This document shows positions 26,101 to 38,300 of a stretch of DNA of 64,000 bases, piece after piece; position 1 is the stretch's first letter, and each line of letters opens with the position of its first letter. A program made the translations under genes and the position numbers. This DNA is from Podarcis gaigeae. Lineage: Eukaryota. The notes below the pieces were generated by a model. It was not told the origin of the DNA. It saw only the letters and a program-made list of their open reading frames with translations, and searched no databases. The stretch lies in NCBI GenBank assembly GCA_964106915.2, contig OZ066926.1. One strand, given 5' to 3'.

Positions 26101-28368
26101 CTGACCATTAGGTCCAGTCATGGACGACTCTGGGGTTGCGGCGCTCATCTCGCTTTATTGGCCAAGGGAGCCAGCGTACAGCTTCTGGGTCATGTGGCCA
26201 GCATGACTAAGCCGCTTTTGACGAACCAGAGCAGCACACGGAAACGCCGTTTACCTTCCCACCGGAACGGTACCTATTTATCTACTTGCACTTTGATGGG
26301 CTTTTGAACTGCTAGGTTGGCAGGAGCAGGGACCGAGCAATGGGAGCTCACCCCATTGAGGGGATTCGAACCGCCGACCTTCTGATCGGCAAGCCCTAGG
26401 CTCTGTAGTTTAGACGACAGCTCCAACACGTTTTACAACAAAATACAAAGCATCACAGAAACAGTAAAATAGCAGAACATTTTGCAAAATTGAAACAAAT
26501 CAGAAAAGACAATTTAGCCAGCACTACTGATCCCTAGAACCCACACCACTGCCCCCCAAACATTCTGGAAATGTCAATTCCTGTTTAAGATTCTTCCTAT
26601 TATGGTTATAATGCTGTAAGGTTTTTCCCATGTGATACCTGAAAGAGACAAGGAGTGAGGGACGCAAATGGCTGCCATGGCTTCTACTGCATCCACTTTA
26701 ATGTTGAGCAGAGGGCCAGCGATCTGCCACTCCTTGGTGTTTTGTTCTTCCAGGTGCTTCGGCCATGAATCAAAGTGGTATGTTATGGTCACAGCTCCTC
26801 TCACTTCCCATATGAGACCAGTATCACCGCAATGGAAGGAGCCAGCCTCAGTGGAGCTCACTCTGAATGGCACAAAGGGAAAGGTGAAAGGGGAATCAGG
26901 TTGAACATGAATTGGGAGAACTTCCTCTGCTGGTCTAATTGATATTTTTGCAGGAGGGGCTTCACACGCTGAGTAAGGAGGTAAAAAAATTATGGAAGGA
27001 AAATTCATGGGCAGGCACCACTCTGCACACTCAGGATTTTGCCACAGAGAAGCACGTTTATTATGAGGCTGCCCAAAAAGTATTCTTCTGATACTGAGAA
27101 GGTGACTTTAAAATGCCTGCGTTCATGCAGAGTAAAGCCAAGTGGTAGGATTAACTACTAATGTTCTGATTCCTGGTGTGTTGATGATACTAGAACTTCA
27201 GGGGAAATTATCATATTCATTGAGCAGGCCAGGGGTTCTACAAGCCATGAACCCATTTTGCTCTAAACCAGTATTTATCATAGTGGGTGATCCCACCCCC
27301 TGCAGGGTGCTGGAATGATTGAGGGGGGCAGTGGGAGCTTCAGGTGCAATTGGGGGGCATTGAAGAAAAATAAGGGGGCGGTGAAAGCATAAAGAAGAAA
27401 AAAGAAGAAAAAAGAAGAAAAAAACATATGTTGTGTAATGACGCTTACCGCAACCTGGGCACTGTTGTGAGACACTGACAATGCCTCCCCTGGATCTGAT
27501 GGTTGTGCTGGAGGTGAGGGGTTTTCCTGGGTTTGGGTGAATCCATTTTAGCTTCACCCAGGCCCAGGAAGTGGATCGCAGCTTGACTGCCTATTTGGTC
27601 AATGGCAGGCAGGCTGCGACACTGGCCCCATCCCTGAACTGACATGACAGGCTTAACTCTCTAGTCCTCCTCATAGGTTTTTAATCCTGGGCCTAGTCCA
27701 CCTCCTCATCCAGTTCTGAAAAACCATTTGTACATGTTTCATCCGTTCTGTAACGATGCTTACCAATGTAACATGGAGTTAAAGTTGTAGTGATTATTTT
27801 CCAAATAAACACACAAAATGCATGTTATAACTGATCAGTGGTCAAGTCCACCAGCGGGTCTTATATGCGCTACAGTACAAAAGTTTTAAATTGCATTTCC
27901 TTCATTGTATTTAGAGGAACATGGGTGGAGACAGCAACCATATTTGATGACTGTGAGACCCACAGAAACCAGATGTGTTCCGAGGAACAATTCAATGTAG
28001 AAACCATTCCCTGAAGGGAGAAATTTTCAAGAGATTGGGGAGAGAGATCACTTACCTGTAAGCTTCACGGCCACTTTCTGAGTCCCAAAACACCTCTGCT
28101 TTTATTCTTTCTGGAAGATCCTATAATAAAACCACAATCATGCATGAGGATGCCAGAATCCTTCTCCCATCTGAAAACGGGGCGTTCTTGTCTATTTCCA
28201 GCACCGCTGTGACCATACCAGGGAGCACTGCTCGAGGCCAAAGCCACAACGAGGCAGCCGCGCCCTCAGGTTGCCGTCGTGGTCCTCGTCGCTACCCATC
28301 TCCAGCCTTCGGAACTCAACCTCTACCTGGGCTTCCTCGAAGCGTCCCCTGGGAGTCTTCTTGGCCAT
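22886..28368 (-). CDS. Gene B: CARD8-like FIIND-CARD protein, ~390 aa, 8 coding exons
   Basis: Exons 28368-28327, 28120-28056, 26862-26639, 25915-25671, 24833-24711, 24546-24405, 24061-24011, 23166-22886; 1173 nt in frame. AATAAA on the minus strand at ~22827-22832. Confidence 0.85.
24164..24380. mobile_element. Penelope-like inverted-repeat insertion
   Basis: Inverted arms ~24196-24281 and 24294-24380, flanked by duplicated GATCTTCCCTTG; absent from the gene A intron. Confidence 0.7.
25671..25915 (-). CDS. Gene B FIIND autoproteolysis exon
   Basis: [29 protein letters not shown]|SSLG; 245 nt, near-identical to gene A. Confidence 0.93.
26082..26428 (-). mobile_element. Sauria SINE
   Basis: ggtaaaggtaaggggacccctgacc...ggattcgaaccgccgaccttctgatcggc. 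Confidence 0.9.
26639..26862 (-). CDS. Gene B FIIND ZU5 exon
   Basis: [29 protein letters not shown]...IAGPLLNIK; 224 nt. Confidence 0.9.
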
Positions 28369-29025
28369 CGCGCTTCTTCCCCGCCTCCCCCAGCCCAGCC
28401 AAATCCTCGGCCAGCGAAAAACCCAGATCCGGAGACTGTGCCAAGGCAGAGAGGCAGGAGAGCCAGACTCTGGTGCCCAACTCGCGGCGCCTGATGCCCC
28501 GGAGGAGAGATGCCTGGCCCGAGGGCAGCGGGAAACCCGCCGCTTGCTGCTCCCTTTGGCGAGGAAACCCTTTGAGATGCTTCCCTCCGTCCGCGGCAGG
28601 AGACTCGAGGGCGGGGCGAGCGCAAGAGGCGTCTTTCCCGGGAGCTCTCGCTCTCTTCCCCAGCAGGTTCTGAAGCAGGGAGGAGCGGCAAGGAGTTGGA
28701 GCAGGAAAACGTGCGAGCGTGAGAGAAGAACCTGCTCCTCCTTTGGGAATTTCAAAAACACACAACCCTCCCCCTCAAAAAAAAGCAATCCTTGAAGTTG
28801 CTTGGGGGAGAGCTGGATGAGAGTGAAGCAGCCAAACAGCTGCTCATCGAGGAGGAGCACAGAAAGGGCGCCTGCAGGACCCAGGTATTACAATGAACAA
28901 TTATTTTCTTACCCAGAACCATCTCTTTGTGTATGATTGCAACAGGTAAACTCTAATCTCTATGCACCAGCCAAATGTTGCATATGAAAGGGTTGCAACA
29001 GGTAACGGACCCACTTTTGCCAGTA

Positions 29026-29265
29026 CAGTGGTACCTCGGGTTAAGTACTTAATTCCTTCCGGAGGTCCGTCCTTAACCTGAAACTGTTCTTAACCTGAAG
29101 CACCACATTAGCTAATGCGGCCTCCCGCCGCCGCCGCGCCGCCGGAGCACGATTTCTGTTCTCATCCTGAAGCAAAGTTCTTAACCTGAGGTACTATTTC
29201 TGGGTTAGCGAAGTCTGTAACCTGAAGCGAATGTAACCTGAAGTATGTAACCCAAGATACCACTG
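29026..29265. mobile_element. Tigger-like MITE
   Basis: Same family as 21540-21770; TA flanks. Confidence 0.85.
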
Positions 29266-29724
29266 TAATTTATATTCCATTTCTGCACCCACATCCTGTC
29301 TGCTGACAGCCAAGAATGCAGGACCTTCGCATCCTCCCTGAAATAATGTGAGGAGGGGAGAGAGAAGTATCCACAGCATCCTACAGAGCTGGAGGGAGTT
29401 TTGTATGCCATCTGGCCTGATGCAGGAAATCTAGCCATACAGCATGTTCAGCAGGTGGCTGTCAAGATTCTGCCTGAAGACTTTCAAATGAGGGAGCTCC
29501 TCACCCCAGGAATTGGCTCCATGAAACCACATGAGAAATTTCCAGACAAAACTCTTCCAGCAGTTTCATGCAAATGTTAAGCTGCATCAGAGACAAGATG
29601 GATCTCTGCAGGAACCCACAAACCCAAAGGTCATATATGGATTCATCCATGTCAGTTATTTCTCCACCTTCCTGCCTACAGGTAAAAATAAAAGGTTAAT
29701 TAACCATTGGATGGTTAAGTTCAG

Positions 29725-30030
29725 TCAAAGGTGACTAAGGGGTTGTGGCGCTCATATTGCTACAGGCCAAGGGAGCTGGTGTTTGTCTGTAGACAGCTTT
29801 TCGGATCATGTGGCCAGCATGACTAAACTGCTTCTGGCGCAATGGAACACTGTGACAGAAGCCAGAGTGCACGGAAATGCTGTCTACCTTCCCATCACAG
29901 TGATACCTATTTATCTACTTGCACTGGCATGCTTTCGAACTGCTAGATTGACAGAAGCTGGGACAGGGCAATGGGAGCTCACTTGGATCGCAAGCCCAAG
30001 AGACTCAATGGTTCAGACCACAGTGCCACC
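29725..30030 (-). mobile_element. Older Sauria SINE
   Basis: Diverged match to the other copies. Confidence 0.7.
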
Positions 30031-30259
30031 CTACAAAGAAGAGATCACTGCCCATAACCTGCAGTTCTTCAATGCTTAATCTTGCAATGGGTCTGGCTCT
30101 GTTTACAATAACATGCTATCAGCAAACTTTATGATCTGGATTGGTAGGCCTGAAACTGAGGTTCAAAGAGCAGCTTCATATCCTCCTACAATGTAAGATC
30201 AAGGGGGGTGGAGTGACTGTGCTGAGAAGACAGGTTGCAACATTTGGGACTTTTTAGTT

Positions 30260-30745
30260 CAGGGAAAGGGCGAGTCAGAGCTGACATGATTGAAGTTCAT
30301 ACGGCATGGAGACAGTGGTTGGAGTAATGTTTTTCTCCCTCTCTCATATCAGGAGAACCTGTTAGCATCCAATAAAGGTGAGTGTTGGAAGATTCAGGAC
30401 TGAAAAATGAAATTACTTCTCCATGCAACGCAGAGTTAAACGTTGGAACTTGCTCCCACAAGAGGCAGTGCTGGCTACCAACCTGGATGCCTTTAAAAGA
30501 GGGTTAGACAAATTAGTGGACCGGGGGCTGTTGTTGGCTGCTAGCCACAATGGCCACCCTCTGTCTCCAGTTGAAGGCAGCAATACTTCTGAATACCAGT
30601 TGCAGGAAACCACAGGAGGGAGTTGTGAGCCCTTGTGCTCAAATCCTGCTTGCTGGTTCCTGACAGGCAACAGTTCGGCCATTGCGAGAGCAGGATGCTG
30701 GAGTATATGGGCCATTGGCCTGATACAGCAAACTCTTCTAATGTT
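30260..30745 (+). mobile_element. CR1-related 3' fragment
   Basis: RRVKRWNLLPQEAV...FKRGLDKLVD. Confidence 0.65.
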
Positions 30746-31399
30746 ATTTTGTGTCCTTTTGTAAACCTCTAAATTAACCATAATCTCTTTTCTCACTTGA
30801 CTGTTGTAAGGACAAAGAAAGCAGAACCCTGAATCAAACTAACCATGACCTCTTGTGGCAACCACACAGGGTCCCCGGACGTTTAACGGTCTATTGATCC
30901 CTGTGCCACCACTGTGCTCGCTTCCCCGCTGCCACCAACCAGTTACACTCTGGTGAAACACTGAGTCCAGTCAGTTATTAAAAGTGAACAAAAAACAAAA
31001 ACAAAACAAGTTTATTTTACAAACATTTACAAGTTTATGGTTTCTCAGATAATATTCCTGTTGGTATGTTAACTTTAGTTTCTTTACCGGCCTATACCTT
31101 CCTAATACCTTCTGACTGATTATCTCAACTGTTTGACTGACTCCTCTTAACAAATTCTCTCTCTCTCTCACACCAGGCTAGCCCAACCCACAGACTTATC
31201 TTCTCTGTCTCTTCTAACTCCAGACTGTCATCTCAACAACTCCTAAAAAAACCCCTCTGTGCTTAAACCTTATACAGTTAACTCTGCCCCTTGGGTTCCC
31301 CTTGGTTAGTCATTTTACAATTAGTTCACCCTTTCCCTATGAACCCAGTATGATGTCACACACCTAGGAGGGCAAACGCCACACCTATATATTGCCAGG

Positions 31400-31530
31400 C
31401 CTGATCTGAACCTGCTTTGTCACTTCTACATATTCCAGGAACTAGCAACAAGCTCTCCCCCTTACCTTTCCTGGATCATACTTACCGATTTTTAACTTGC
31501 CTTTTTGGAATTATGAGCATTTTGAGTGAG
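31400..31530 (-). pseudogene. Relic of the CARD-like exon
   Basis: atgatccaggaaagg...gagagcttgttgctagttcctggaatatgtagaa corresponds to MIQER.GE..CC*FLEYVE, with a stop and an indel. Confidence 0.55.
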
Positions 31531-32534
31531 TTCTCTGGGCCGGCGCTATCCTCAGTCTGTCTGAGGCAGGTGCCTCAAGCTCCACTCTGGAAAGGGTGGC
31601 ATATTTGTATCTGGGTGCTGTGCCCACTTTCTGCCACCTTGCCTGTGGCGCTGTCGCTTCCTACTCCCCGGGACAGTTTCTTCAGGAGTGCAGGAAAGCT
31701 TTCCCTCCTTGCCCACCATTTTCCTTCTCCATTTCGTCCCCCTTGCTTTCCTGCTTTCTTTCTTCTCCCTCTGCTTCCCTACTCCATTTCACACCCTGCT
31801 TTCCTACTTGCCCTTTCCCCCCATTACAATAACCATCCTACAATACTAATCTATTTTCCCCCTGCTGCTCAAAGTTCACTCACTTTATTAAACGACAATT
31901 AATGTACCACCTCCTCTCTCTGAGTGTTTTATCAAATGACCTCTCAGCGATCCATGGACACTTTTAGACTTTTCCATGTAGGAGTCAGAGAATCATAGAC
32001 TTGTAGAGTTGGAAGGGACCACAATGATCCTCTAGTCCAACTCCCTGCAATGCAGGAAGCTTTCACCCAAAGCAGGGCTCAAAGCATGAGGCACAGAGGA
32101 GACTGTGGTGTCTTTATTATATTTGGTTTATTTACACATATATACAGCCTGAGCCTACTGTTCAAAGTATTACATTCCAAGAGGGTCCCTTGCTTCTCCC
32201 ATAGGTGCAGCAGCTTTGAATCCAAAACAGAAATCTGCTCTCCATTTACAGACTTTCAGCCCACATGATTCTTTGCCCCCGCTTCTTGCTAGTCACCACT
32301 AATAGACCCAAAGGATTTTTCCTCCTGTCCACATCAGGCGAACCTATTGGCCTTTGTTCATCTAACTCCCTCTGGCTCAGGGTGGGCTGCATCCAGAAGA
32401 TTCTTTGCCTGGTTGGTGGCTTTCTTGATTGTCATCACCCTGCCTTTGTTTGCTTATGACTTGACCATTATCAGGCTGCCTCATGAATAAGCTGTCTTGT
32501 GTTATTTCCAACACTTGCTAGATCCACGAATTTA

Positions 32535-32894
32535 AAGGTAAAGGTAAAGGTACCCCTGCCCGTACGGGCCAGTCTTGACAGACTCTGGGGTTGTGCGCCC
32601 ATCTCACTCAAGAGGCATGGGGCCAGCGCTGTCCGGAGACACTTCCGAGTCACGTGGCCAGCGTGACATCGCTGCTCTGGCGAGCCAGAGCCGCACACGG
32701 AAACGCTGTTTACCTTCCCGCTGGTAAGCGGTCCCTATTTATCTACTTGCACCCGGAGGTGCTTTCGAACTGCTAGGTTGGCAGGCGCTGGGACCGAGCA
32801 GCGGGAGCGCACCCCGCCGCAGGGATTCGAACCGCCGACCTTTCGATTGGCAAGTCCTAGGCGCTGAGGCTTTAACCCACAGCGCCACCTGCGT
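32535..32894 (-). mobile_element. Young full-length Sauria SINE
   Basis: TSD CCACGAATTTA; near-identical to 54956-55320. Confidence 0.92.
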
Positions 32895-33259
32895 CCACGA
32901 ATTTAGGGGGTTGCTTAAATGCTAACCCTTTTCGGAATCCAGAGATTTAGGGGAGTTCGACCGCCTCCCTCAGCAAACTCAAAGCCATACATTGTGCTGC
33001 ATCCATGGGCTTCCTTGAATTAGGTGCTTTGCTTACCATATACGAGAGAATTTTAGTGTGGAAGGCAGGCCTGGAAATCTACTGCAAAAGTCCTCTAGAA
33101 GAATGCTATACCAGGACTGCCAATTCTTATCTCTCTCTCTTATACACACACACACATGCACACACACACAGCCTTTCTCTTTGTCTTACTGAGTCGTTTT
33201 TAGGAAGTACTTATATACTACTACTACTACTACTAATAATAATCATAACAAATTTATAA

Positions 33260-33560
33260 CCCCCCCCCAAATCTGGCTGGGTTTCCCAACAGAATTAAAA
33301 GCACAATAAAACATCAAACATTAAAAACCTCCCTAAACAGGGCTGCCTTCAGATATCTTCTAAAAGTCAGATAGTTGTTTATTTCCTTGACATCTGATGG
33401 AAGGGCATTCCACAGGATGGGTGCCACTACCAAGAAGGCCCTCTGCTTGGTTCCCTGCAACCTCACTTCTCATAGGGAGGGAACTACCAGAAGGCCCTCA
33501 GAGCTGGACCTCAATGTTTGGGCTGAGCAATGGGGGTGGAGATGATCCTTTAGGTATAAC
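33260..33560 (-). mobile_element. L2 LINE 3' fragment
   Basis: Similar to 36040-36305 and 37350-37690. Confidence 0.7.
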
Positions 33561-35058
33561 ACATACTTAACACATAGAGTGAGTCCTTAAACTGTACAGC
33601 TTAGAACCAGCACATAGCCAAACAGGATCAGGTCCAAAAAGAGTGTGAGAATTTGCAGGGCTGATTTTTCTTTAGAAAAACAGCAAATTTTAAATGTGGT
33701 TAACAAAACAAACAAAAAACAAACTCTTGAGCTAACTTTCTGAAATTTGGCAGTTAATTCCCTCTGGAGGGACTACCATGTGTCCAAATTACAAATTATG
33801 GCCCTTTTGTTCCCCCATTCTGAGTGAATAAGAATACTGAAGATTCAAATATCTAGGTTTTGATTCAGATCCAGGGTCCTGATTGGTTCATATTGGGTCT
33901 CGGTTGCACCTGATCGGGACCAGGTCCCAAACTGATTGTACAATGCTTGCACCTGCATTTCCTGATAGTAAACACCACTCCCACCAATGCAGTCCATTGG
34001 ACCAGCTGTTTCCAGTATCCCTTGATGAAAAGTGGCACTGATGCAACACGCTGGCTGGGGCTGATGGGAGTTGTAGTTTGGAACGTCTGGAGGGCAAGAG
34101 GCCAGCCAAAGCTGAAACTCTTCTATCAGTATGCATTTTCCTGGAGCGCTGGGAACTGTAGTTTCATTGGAAGCTTGGGCTGTTTTTGTTTCTGTTTGAG
34201 ATAATTGTTAGCAGTTTGCTAGACTACAATTTTCAGGATTCTCTGAGGGAAGCCAATACATTATAAAACTGGGAAAAGTTCATAGTACTGAAGTGTTGCT
34301 GAGGATTCTGGATGGCAGCCATGGCTGGGCTGAGACAAATCAATTTGACTTCCAGATATTTTTGGAGGTTGGCAGGATCAGATAAGGCAGGAGAGGGGTC
34401 ACCATTGTTCGCAGAGGTTTTAACAAAGAACTGCTAGTTCCTAGGAGAGAGAGGGAAAGAATGAATAAGTTTATATGGAATACAATTAAATACTGACAGG
34501 AGAAGAAAGAAGGGAGACTTCACAGCCAAAACAAAGCCCCACTGAGCCTTTGACCTCCTCAGCCTCCTCTTTGGGCTCTGGGAAGGTTCTCCTCATGAGC
34601 CACAATGACCTTCCCGCTTCCCCCTCCATTTCCAGGTTCCTGGCACTACGCATACATGCGGCTGCACACCAATAGTTCACGTGCAAGAGGGGAGTTGCCT
34701 GTACATCATTTTATTTTATAAAGTGTATATCTTTGTGGCTGATTTTTTTTACATTTTGAATTTTTTAAACTCAACTCATCGTTAACTTCTGATCTTTATA
34801 TATAAAAAGCCAGCAACATATAAACTGCTTAGAGGTGTTTACAGCTAAAAGATATGCAAATCTGTTAAATAAGTAAAATAAAGAGCTGATGGGCACTAGA
34901 TTGGCTGGCCCTGATATAAGACTTGCCTCCTTTCTCCCCCATGGAGACATGATCAGAATCCATCACTCTCACCTCACAATAGGTGGGGCGTCAGGGGCGA
35001 CTGGCCCTCCATATGCCTTCCCTCCCAGCCAGTTTTATGAGATGACCCTCCTTCTTTC

Positions 35059-35344
35059 TTACCTCTTCCTGGTGAGGCTGAGGAGTCTCTGTGCCTCATC
35101 CCTGCAGTTGATAGCTCTGAGGACAACAGCCGTCACCTGCACAGCATAGTCCTCCATATAGAAACTCAGGAGGAGTTGGCTCAGGTCCATGGCATCTGCC
35201 TTCTTCAGCCGCCCCAGGGGAATGTTGTCATGGCCTTCAATGACAGGGATCTCGTGGAGCTTGAGCTTGAATTTCTTGAGTTCGTCCTCACCCAAGTTCT
35301 CCAGAGTAGACACCAGGCAGTCTCTGATGCTCTTCACTGTTGCT
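35059..35344 (-). CDS. Gene C C-terminal PYD exon
   Basis: IRDCLVSTLENLGEDELKKFKLKLHEIPVIEGHDNIPLGRLKKADAMDLSQLLLSFYMEDYAVQVTAVVLRAINC. Confidence 0.92.
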
Positions 35345-38300
35345 CTGCATTATCACCCCCAGAGGCAGGGAAAAACAAGGCACAAAACAAGAGACACTCA
35401 GCAAAGGGACCTGGGAAGGAGCCACAGCATCTGTAAGTGCTGCTAACTTCCATGCCTGGGATTGGCACAGAGGGAGCGGAAAGAAATGCAGGTTGCAGTG
35501 GTCTTAAATTTATCCGCAATAAGGGCCAAGCATCACAATGCTGAGATGGCAGCTAAACTCCTTCCTCCTGCTCTTTAAAGATTAACAGGCAACATCTGTC
35601 CACTTCAGGGTGTTTAGTCCTGTGTGAGAGTGTTTCATTCCATTTCCATTTCAGTTAATTTCAGTTTCCTACGAAACTGCTGAATTTACTTACCAATATA
35701 TAAAACCATTCCAGATCCAATACTGCTGCCGACTGGGGGATAAAGATCTCCACTAGTTGAAAAAACAAGGTATTCAAAAGGAGCATGGAGACAGCGCTTA
35801 ACTGATGCGTAACAGGAGGCAGTTCTAAAGGGCAGTTGCTGCCAGAATAAAGACTCAGTTCAAAAACGGACTTCCTGAAGAGATGGTTCCAGCAGGAGGT
35901 TTTGTCCTGAAAAGTGTGCCATAATCCCTGGGTATAATGGGGTAAGTCTATCATTTTGGCATCCTGATCTCACACAGTGGAGTAGTAGTAGTAGTAGTAG
36001 TAATAGTAATAATAATAATAATAATAATCATCATCATCAAATTTTATTCCCCAGCCACTCTAGGCAGCTACCAACAGAACACTAAGAACAGAATAAAAAT
36101 TCAAACATTAAAAATTTCCCTAAACAGGCCTGCTTTCAGATGTCTTCTAAAAGTCAGATAGTTCTTTATTTCCTTGACATCTGATGGGAGGGCGTTCCAC
36201 AAGGCGGGCGCCACTACCAAGAGGGCCCTCTTCCCGGTTCCCTATGCCCTAATTTCTCACAGGGAGGGAACTGCCAGAAGGCCCTCGGCGCTGGACCTCA
36301 GTGTAGGGTTTTGTATGAGGAATAGTTTGTGTGTATGTGTGAGGTGGAGATTTATGTGACATTGTGTGTCTGAGGTGTGTGCCTTATGCCTGGTGAGCCT
36401 GCATGCTCCATAGGTGTGCTTCTGTGCAATGCATGCACAGTATTTGTGTGCGTGATCTCTGTGTGTTGTGTGCACATACATTGGCCATGCCCACCTGTGG
36501 CCTGTATCTGACCATCCTCAGGCCAAAAAGATTAGCTGGCCCTGTCCGAAAAAATTATGTCTCCCCTTCTTCCGCTGCCCCATTCCAAATTGTGCAACAG
36601 GCTAGGCTTATAATCTCTTGGCCATGGAATAAGAAAAAGCAGCCGTCTCTCTCTTCCCTGGAGGGAACCTTCTATGCAACTGATAGGTAGAGTGACCCAA
36701 TTTAGCTTCTGTTAAATTTGCATGTTTGTATGTTTCTGCCCCTCCAGAGATTGCAGTGCAGCCAAAGCATAAACAGCACCACCCCTTCAATATCTGCTGC
36801 CTCCCTGTGGCAGCTGCTTCATTGTCCCTAATAGCAGGACTGGCCTTTCATGAGGAACAGTTAAGCCCTACCTGCTTTCCCCACCATGTCCTGAGTCAGT
36901 GCCACTCGATGTAGCATGAGACCGAGTGCAGGAAGAAGCACCTGGAAAAACGAGAGAGAAGGTGTGTTTATGAAACATGCAGGGACTATGGGAAAATCAT
37001 AATCACTGGACGTGAACCCAGGATTTTCAAATCTCTCCAGCATTTTGCATCATGAACAAGTGTGTTGACTCAGTTCACTACCAGCAAGCAAATGGGAGCA
37101 GGGAAAGAAAGTCAGGAAACCAGAAGCATCCCCAGTGTGCTCAGTTAGCAAGGCTGCAGTCTTGACAATTGCTGGGCTGCACTGAATTATTTCTTTTTAA
37201 GAAAAAACCAAACCCAGAGAAAGTGTGCCTGGCACAGCAGGAAACCCTCTCTTTAGAAAAATGTGATGGCTACTGTGTGGGTGATAGTGAGGGTGCTGGG
37301 GTTGTTAGTAATAATAATAATAATTTATTATTTTTAATAATAATTAAATAGCCACTCTCGGCGGCTTCCAACAGAGATTAAAAATACATTAAAATGTCAC
37401 ACATTGAAAAGATCCCTGAACAGGTGTCTTCTAAATGTCAGGTAGTTGTTTATCTCTTTGACATCTGATGGGAGGGCGTTCCACAGGGCGGGCCCCACTA
37501 TTGAGAAGGCCCTCTGCCTGGTTCCCTGTAGCTTTGCTTCTCGCAGTGAGGGAACTGCCAGAAGGCCCTCTGTGCTAGACCTCAGTGTCTGGGCAGAACG
37601 ATGGGGGTGGAGATGCTCCTTCAGGTATACTGGGCCGAGGCCGTTTAGGGCTTTAAAGGTCAACATCAACACTTTGAATTGTGCTTTAGGAGATGCTTAG
37701 AAAATTAAAGCTCCCAGGATTCCCCACCACTGCTGAAATGGTGTAAGAGGGCTTTTTAAAAAGTATGGTGTGGTGATACAAGCCAACTATGGTTTCCTGG
37801 CCCAAACTATGACTAATCAAATAAGACAGTCCTAATAGTCTAACAAATGTATTTCTTAAGGAACCAATCACTCTCTGTCCACAGTACTGGAACTACATGG
37901 CTGGAGAGGGGGAGGCGGCCTATAGGAAGGAAGTTGAGCAGTTGGGGGGGTGGTGCAGGAAAAACAACTTACTCCTTAACTTAAAGAAAACAAAAGAGAT
38001 CATTGTGGACTTTAGGAAATGGAAATGAAATATTCAGCCACTAATTACTGAGGGGAAGTGTGTGGAACAGGGCTCGGTGTTCTGATTTCTGGGAATGGAG
38101 TTGAGAGATAACCTAACCAGGGGAGAAAACAGTAAAGACCCGATGAAGAGAGCACAGCAGAGGTTATATTTTCTGAGAATCCTCTGGAAAAATAATCTCT
38201 CAAAGGACCTGTTGATGGCATTTTACCATTGTGCTGTTGAGAGTGTATTAATGTATGGTCTGTGTGTGTGGTTTGGGAGCTGCACGGTCAGGGAAAAAAC

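Noticed and set aside
30806-31360. Possible solo LTR
   Set aside because: TG...CA ends are plausible, but no TSD or second copy could be verified.
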